DNA from: Methanomassiliicoccales archaeon
GTDB lineage: Archaea > Thermoplasmatota > Thermoplasmata > Methanomassiliicoccales > JAAEEP01
Assembly: GCA_013415695.1 (NCBI GenBank)
Contig: JAAEEP010000004.1
Span: 66,324-130,323 of the forward strand
Direction: 5' to 3'
Length of the DNA: 64,000 nt
Shown here: piece after piece, positions 59,918 to 64,000 of the stretch
Layout of the letters: the number at the start of each line of letters is the position of its first letter
How positions within the stretch are numbered: position 1 is the first letter of the stretch
Made by a program: the position numbers and the translations under genes
Notes under the pieces: generated by a model
What the model was told of the DNA's origin: nothing
Databases searched by the model: none
The model's input: the letters and a program-made list of their open reading frames with translations, nothing else

Positions 59918-59938
59918 AAGGGAGATCGAATCTCCCTT
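59918..59938. other. Perfect 9-bp hairpin (AAGGGAGAT-cga-ATCTCCCTT) flanked by A/T runs
   Basis: Read directly. It is preceded by 'aaaaaaaataaaaa' on the + strand, which is a T-run after the hairpin on the - strand. It lies 73 nt downstream of 5S. Function unknown. Confidence 0.3.
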
Positions 59939-60432
59939 GTGTTTGGTTATCTACCGATTATCCCCCCAGTAAATCCGTCTGTATGACATAATTCTAAACG
60001 AGCAGTATTTATTGATTTTGATAATTGATAATAAACGTATGAAAAAAATACTGGATTGAAGTTTATTAGTAGATAAACAATCTAGTTATTATCATTATCT
60101 AATAATATAATCAGTTTTGAAATTATATTCATTTACTTACGTTGATTATTGCATTATGATAAATATTGCAAATACTGAAAGAACATTCGATTAAGATTAT
60201 CGAAGAAAATTTCAAGTTTCTTCACTCTTTCGATTGACCATGTATTCCCCTGAGTAATGAGGCGTAGCAATCCAAGATCTCATTGATATTCGAGAATTGA
60301 GTTGTCAACAGGAGAATGATGGCGTGATTCTTAATTTCGTTGGAGGCCTTCAACTTCAATAGTAAAAATGATTTTAATACGAAAGATTTTAAGCAGTACT
60401 AGTTTCATTTGAAAGAAGACCAGGTGCTCCCT

Positions 60433-61356
60433 ATGGAAATCGATACCACACTGCGGGTCATCATTCTGGTCGGGCTCTTGATTGGACTGAGCCTGTTGAT
60501 CTACTTTGAGCTGAGATACATGCGCAGGAGGAGAAACCCAAAGATCGATATGCAGCTCGTTAAGGACGAGGCTTACAACTCGATCGTCACCGCAAAGGCA
60601 GTAGCCAAGGTTCTCAACGAGAGGAAGAGAGACATCTCAAAAGCAGAGCGGCTCATTTTCAAGGCTGAAAACGCATATTCGAGAGGTGAGTACAACAACA
60701 GTAAACAGTTGGCCTTGGAAGCCAAGAGAGAGCTTGAGAGGTCTAAGGTGAGTGAGGAAGAAACAGAAGAAAATACCTTCGACAAGATACTGTCCAAGAG
60801 ATCAGATGCGGATCAAGGGGAGGAGGAAATGGAGAACAAGACCCTGTTTGAGGAGGAAAAGAGACTCCCAGAGAACTACCTGCAGTCCAAGTTCATGATC
60901 AAGAACGTGGAAAGGGAGTTGGAACGGGCAGTCTCCGCGGGGAAGAACGCTGGAAACGCAATGGAGTTCCTAGAAGGAGCCAGACGCCACTTCGATTCAG
61001 GAAACTATACAGAAGCTTTGAAGTTGGCATGCAGAGCGGACAGATGCTTCACTTATACGGACACCGGGTTCATAGATGGAATGAAAGTCGCCAAAAAGGA
61101 TGACGCCGCAGGCACTGAGGTGACCGAAGAAAATAATGAGGAAGCCACAGTAGAAGATTCTATCATCGAGGAGAGCGTCATGGAAGCGGTCAAGGAGACG
61201 ATCTGTATTGAATGCGGCTCGTTTGTTGAGGAGGATGACGTTTTCTGTGGTAAGTGCGGATCAAAGGTAGTAAAAGAGAGAAAGTGTCCCAAATGCGGAG
61301 CTCTTGCCAGCGAGGACGACCGGTTCTGCAGGAAGTGCGGAACCCAGCTTGCTTGA
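60433..61356 (+). CDS. Membrane-anchored coiled-coil protein with a C-terminal double zinc ribbon
   Basis: N-terminal TM 'VIILVGLLIGLSLLIYF', a charged helical middle and a C-terminus 'CIECGSFVEEDDVFCGKCGSKVVKERKCPKCGALASEDDRFCRKCG' (4 x CxxC). The ATG at 60433 is preferred over the TTG at 60409. Confidence 0.6.
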   Translation: MEIDTTLRVIILVGLLIGLSLLIYFELRYMRRRRNPKIDMQLVKDEAYNSIVTAKAVAKVLNERKRDISKAERLIFKAENAYSRGEYNNSKQLALEAKRELERSKVSEEETEENTFDKILSKRSDADQGEEEMENKTLFEEEKRLPENYLQSKFMIKNVERELERAVSAGKNAGNAMEFLEGARRHFDSGNYTEALKLACRADRCFTYTDTGFIDGMKVAKKDDAAGTEVTEENNEEATVEDSIIEESVMEAVKETICIECGSFVEEDDVFCGKCGSKVVKERKCPKCGALASEDDRFCRKCGTQLA

Positions 61357-61435
61357 ACTTTACAAGATAATCCCTCCAGGTTCCTCCAACGGACCGCGAA
61401 TGTTTTTATAGATTCTGAATTATCGAAGATGGAAG

Positions 61436-62212
61436 ATGATACTGGTCAAACTCGGTGGAAGTGTCATAACTGACAAAAGGGGATTTAGGGACTTCAGGGA
61501 ACCTCAGACCAGGATGTTGGCAAGGGAAATATCTCAATCTGGGAAAGATGTATTCTTGGTGCATGGTGCGGGATCATTCGGTCATGTACTGGCGCACAAG
61601 TTCTCGCTGCAAAACGGGTACGTAAACGATGGTCAGATTCCTGGTGTTGCCGAAGTGATGGCCGATGTCAGGGATTTGAACTTGAGAGTGGTAAAGGCAC
61701 TCAACCTTGAGGGAATTCACTCGGTCTCGATCCCACCAAGTGCTGTCGCCGAACTTGATGATGGCAATCTTGTGTACCTTGAAACCTCCCTATTTGATAG
61801 ATACTCCAGTTTGGGAATCACTCCAGTTACTTTTGGGGACGTTTGTTTGGATCGATCCAAGGGTTTCGGAATCTGTTCTGGAGATCAGCTCATGGAGTGG
61901 TTGGCAAGGGAGTTCAGACCAGAGAAGGTCATCTTCTGTGCCGATGTTGATGGCATCTTCGCCTCCGACCCAACCGTAGATGCTGGATCTGAGTTAATAC
62001 CCCTTATAACAAAGGAAATTCTCGAGTCATTACCAAGGACTGAAAGGTACCTTGATGTGACGGGAAGTATCTATGGCAAGATTGAATCGATGCTCAATCT
62101 GACATCATACGCTGGCGAATGCATTGTCATTAACGGACTGGTCGAGGGCAGGTTGGAAGCCGCCCTCATGGGGGAAGAGGTTATAGGCTCTAGAGCGATT
62201 AGCGGTGAGTAA
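61436..62212 (+). CDS. ipk: Isopentenyl phosphate kinase
   Basis: 'MILVKLGGSVITDK' and 'VHGAGSFGH' are motifs of the amino-acid-kinase fold IPK family. Adjacent to fni and idsA. Confidence 0.85.
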   Translation: MILVKLGGSVITDKRGFRDFREPQTRMLAREISQSGKDVFLVHGAGSFGHVLAHKFSLQNGYVNDGQIPGVAEVMADVRDLNLRVVKALNLEGIHSVSIPPSAVAELDDGNLVYLETSLFDRYSSLGITPVTFGDVCLDRSKGFGICSGDQLMEWLAREFRPEKVIFCADVDGIFASDPTVDAGSELIPLITKEILESLPRTERYLDVTGSIYGKIESMLNLTSYAGECIVINGLVEGRLEAALMGEEVIGSRAISGE

Positions 62213-63278
62213 GATGAATGGGATAGAGCAAAGAAAGGCAGATCATATTGACCTCACTCTCAAGGAGAACATTGCGCACGAATACAATTTCTGGAACGAT
62301 GTTCAATTGATACACAATGCACTCCCAGAGGTTGATCTTGAAGAGGTGGATACAAGTGTTAACTTTCTCGGCAGTGAGCTTGATTTTCCCATCATTGTCA
62401 CCGCAATAACCGGTGGTTATCCTAGAGCACTAGAGATCAATAAGAATCTTGCAGAGGCCTGTGAACGCCTCAAGATTGGAATGGGTGTTGGAAGTCAAAG
62501 AGCCGCGATAGAAAGCGGAGACCGCTCCAGCTACTCAATCATCAAAGAATACGAGATACCGCTCAAGGTCGCAAACATCGGGGCTCCCCAGTTAATATCT
62601 CAAGAGGGAAGGGAGGCTCTGGATCGAGAGGCGATAGACGAGGCTTTGGAGATGATAGATGCCCATTGCTTAGCTGTCCATCTGAACTTTCTGCAGGAGG
62701 TCGTTCAACCTGAGGGAGACACCCAGTCAAAGGGCTGTCTGGAAGCGATTAGATCAGTGGCTAAAGATTTCAAGATTATCGCCAAGGAGACTGGAGCTGG
62801 AATTTCTGAAGAGGTCGCACTTCGGCTCAAGGGAGCTGGAGTGGCTGCAATAGACGTCTCAGGCACTAGTGGAACGAGCTTTTCCGCGATTGAGACTCAC
62901 AGGGCTGAGAGCGTGGGCAATCGTTTGGGTATAAGACTTGGCAGAACATTCCGAGAGTGGGGGATCCCCGCGCCCGTCTCATTGCTATGGGCCCAAGTGG
63001 GACTTCCACTAATCGCAAGCGGTGGAATCACCAATGGCCTAGATGTGGCAAGGGGGATAGTATTAGGGGCTTCCTGTGGAGGCGTAGCAAGAGCCGTAAT
63101 GGGGGCTGCTCTGGAATCTGCCGATAGAGTCGAGGAGGAGCTGATGACAATTATCGCTGAGCTCAAGGCAACAATGTTCCTGACGGGTTGCCGGAATCTA
63201 GAGGATTTGGCCACGGCCGATTATATTATCACTGGAAGAACAAAAGATTGGATTCTCAATGAAGATGAGGTGTTCTGA
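62205..63278 (+). CDS. fni: Type 2 (FMN-dependent) isopentenyl-diphosphate delta-isomerase
   Basis: 357 aa. 'RKADHIDL', 'FPIIVTAITGG', 'VGSQRAA' and 'IASGGI' fit a TIM-barrel IDI-2 pattern. It overlaps ipk by 8 nt. Confidence 0.88.
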   Translation: MSKMNGIEQRKADHIDLTLKENIAHEYNFWNDVQLIHNALPEVDLEEVDTSVNFLGSELDFPIIVTAITGGYPRALEINKNLAEACERLKIGMGVGSQRAAIESGDRSSYSIIKEYEIPLKVANIGAPQLISQEGREALDREAIDEALEMIDAHCLAVHLNFLQEVVQPEGDTQSKGCLEAIRSVAKDFKIIAKETGAGISEEVALRLKGAGVAAIDVSGTSGTSFSAIETHRAESVGNRLGIRLGRTFREWGIPAPVSLLWAQVGLPLIASGGITNGLDVARGIVLGASCGGVARAVMGAALESADRVEEELMTIIAELKATMFLTGCRNLEDLATADYIITGRTKDWILNEDEVF

Positions 63279-63287
63279 TTGGACATT

Positions 63288-64000
63288 ATGAGTGAAATTC
63301 TCGAACGCGCTACTATTATTGACAATTATTTAATGAAATATCTCGAGGATGGCAAACCTGAAAAACTGGTCAGAGCTGTGAGACATTATCCAGAGGCAGG
63401 AGGCAAGCGCCTCCGACCAGTACTGGCCATGCTGGTAGCCGACGCGATCTCTGGTAAGGAAGAGGAATCCATACCATTCGGATGCTGTCTAGAAATCATT
63501 CATAACTTCACCCTTATTCACGATGATGTCATGGACGAGGACCCCATGAGAAGAGGGCGTCCGGCAGTCCATGTTCTATATGATGTGCCAACCGCAATAA
63601 TCGCCGGGGATGCCATGTTCGCTAGGGGCTTTGAGGTCCTCGCAATGGTTGAAGTCGCTCCGGAAAAGACAAGGCGCCTCCTTTCACTTGTGGCAAAGAC
63701 TGTCTGGATCATCGCAGAGGGCCAACAGATGGATATCGATTTCGAGAACTCTAATTCTGTAACAGTGGATGAGTATCTGGAAATGATCGAGAAGAAGACC
63801 GCCATCTTGTTCGCATGCGCTGCACAGGGTGCCACAATGATCGCTGATGGAAGTGAGGATCAGGAGAGGGACATGTTCGAGTACGCACGACTCCTGGGCC
63901 TCGGTTTCCAGATATGGGATGACGTTCTGGGCATAACCGCAGATGAAAAGAAGTTGGGAAAGCCTGTTGGCAGCGATATAAGGAACGGAAAGCGCACACT
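63288..64000 (+). CDS. idsA: Geranylgeranyl diphosphate synthase (trans-prenyltransferase); the 3' end lies beyond the window
   Basis: The frame is open to the window edge and is not in the ORF track. My translation is MSEILERATIIDNYL...GGKRLRPVLAML...FTLIHDDVMDEDPMRRGRP (FARM DDxxD)...KKLGKPVGSDIRNGK. Confidence 0.85.
   Translation, partial: MSEILERATIIDNYLMKYLEDGKPEKLVRAVRHYPEAGGKRLRPVLAMLVADAISGKEEESIPFGCCLEIIHNFTLIHDDVMDEDPMRRGRPAVHVLYDVPTAIIAGDAMFARGFEVLAMVEVAPEKTRRLLSLVAKTVWIIAEGQQMDIDFENSNSVTVDEYLEMIEKKTAILFACAAQGATMIADGSEDQERDMFEYARLLGLGFQIWDDVLGITADEKKLGKPVGSDIRNGKRT

Noticed and set aside
59990-60400. Replication origin in the AT-rich spacer downstream of 5S rRNA
   Set aside because: There are no repeated ORB/mini-ORB-like boxes in inverted orientation and no adjacent orc1/cdc6 gene. 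AT-richness alone is insufficient.

Overview
This is a 64-kb archaeal chromosomal segment of roughly 50% GC, densely coded on both strands. It holds about 60 protein genes, one tRNA-Gly(UCC) and one stand-alone 5S rRNA. There is no CRISPR array, IS element or integrase. Gene content suggests a Thermoplasmata/Methanomassiliicoccales-like euryarchaeon, which is inference only. The supporting genes are Rpo11, diphthine synthase, archaeosine synthase, the IPK + type-2 IDI + GGPP synthase trio, HerA-Mre11-Rad50, ADP-forming acetyl-CoA synthetase, a DUF2099 'methanogenesis marker 8'-like protein, a B12-like/radical-SAM protein and the unlinked 5S. Left to right, the window contains: a corrinoid salvage operon (btuFCD-cobD-cbiB-cbiZ); dcd, trm5, dphB, a CPA2 antiporter and a degenerate FtsZ paralog; herA-mre11-rad50 followed by an ERCC4/XPF nuclease; acd plus a DRTGG protein; housekeeping and orphan genes; a helicase-only Hef, DNA ligase, rpoL and truD; a 1433-aa TPR giant; tRNA-Gly and an AT-rich patch with a secreted protein; arcS preceded by a six-gene TusA/DsrE/DsrEFH-like sulfur-relay operon with a divergent HTH regulator; pyrBI; a 1653-aa FG-GAP/PKD surface protein with a cytoplasmic tail; DUF92 and DUF835 genes; 5S rRNA; and ipk-fni-idsA. 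The observations most worth a second look are: (1) an unannotated three-hairpin H/ACA-type guide RNA candidate at 22098-22312; (2) an ERCC4 nuclease translationally coupled to rad50 in the slot normally held by nurA, with the Hef helicase encoded separately; (3) rad50 apparently starting at a CTG that overlaps the mre11 stop; (4) a Staygreen (Mg-dechelatase family) homolog interrupted by a TGA where I recall a conserved Trp; (5) the sulfur-relay operon abutting arcS; (6) an array of TTGGAT-N5-ATCCAA palindromes in the B12-salvage/dcd divergent promoter; (7) the giant surface protein with a roadblock/longin-like cytoplasmic tail next to DUF835 and Roadblock genes. All functional calls rest on motif recognition by eye, because no database search could be run.
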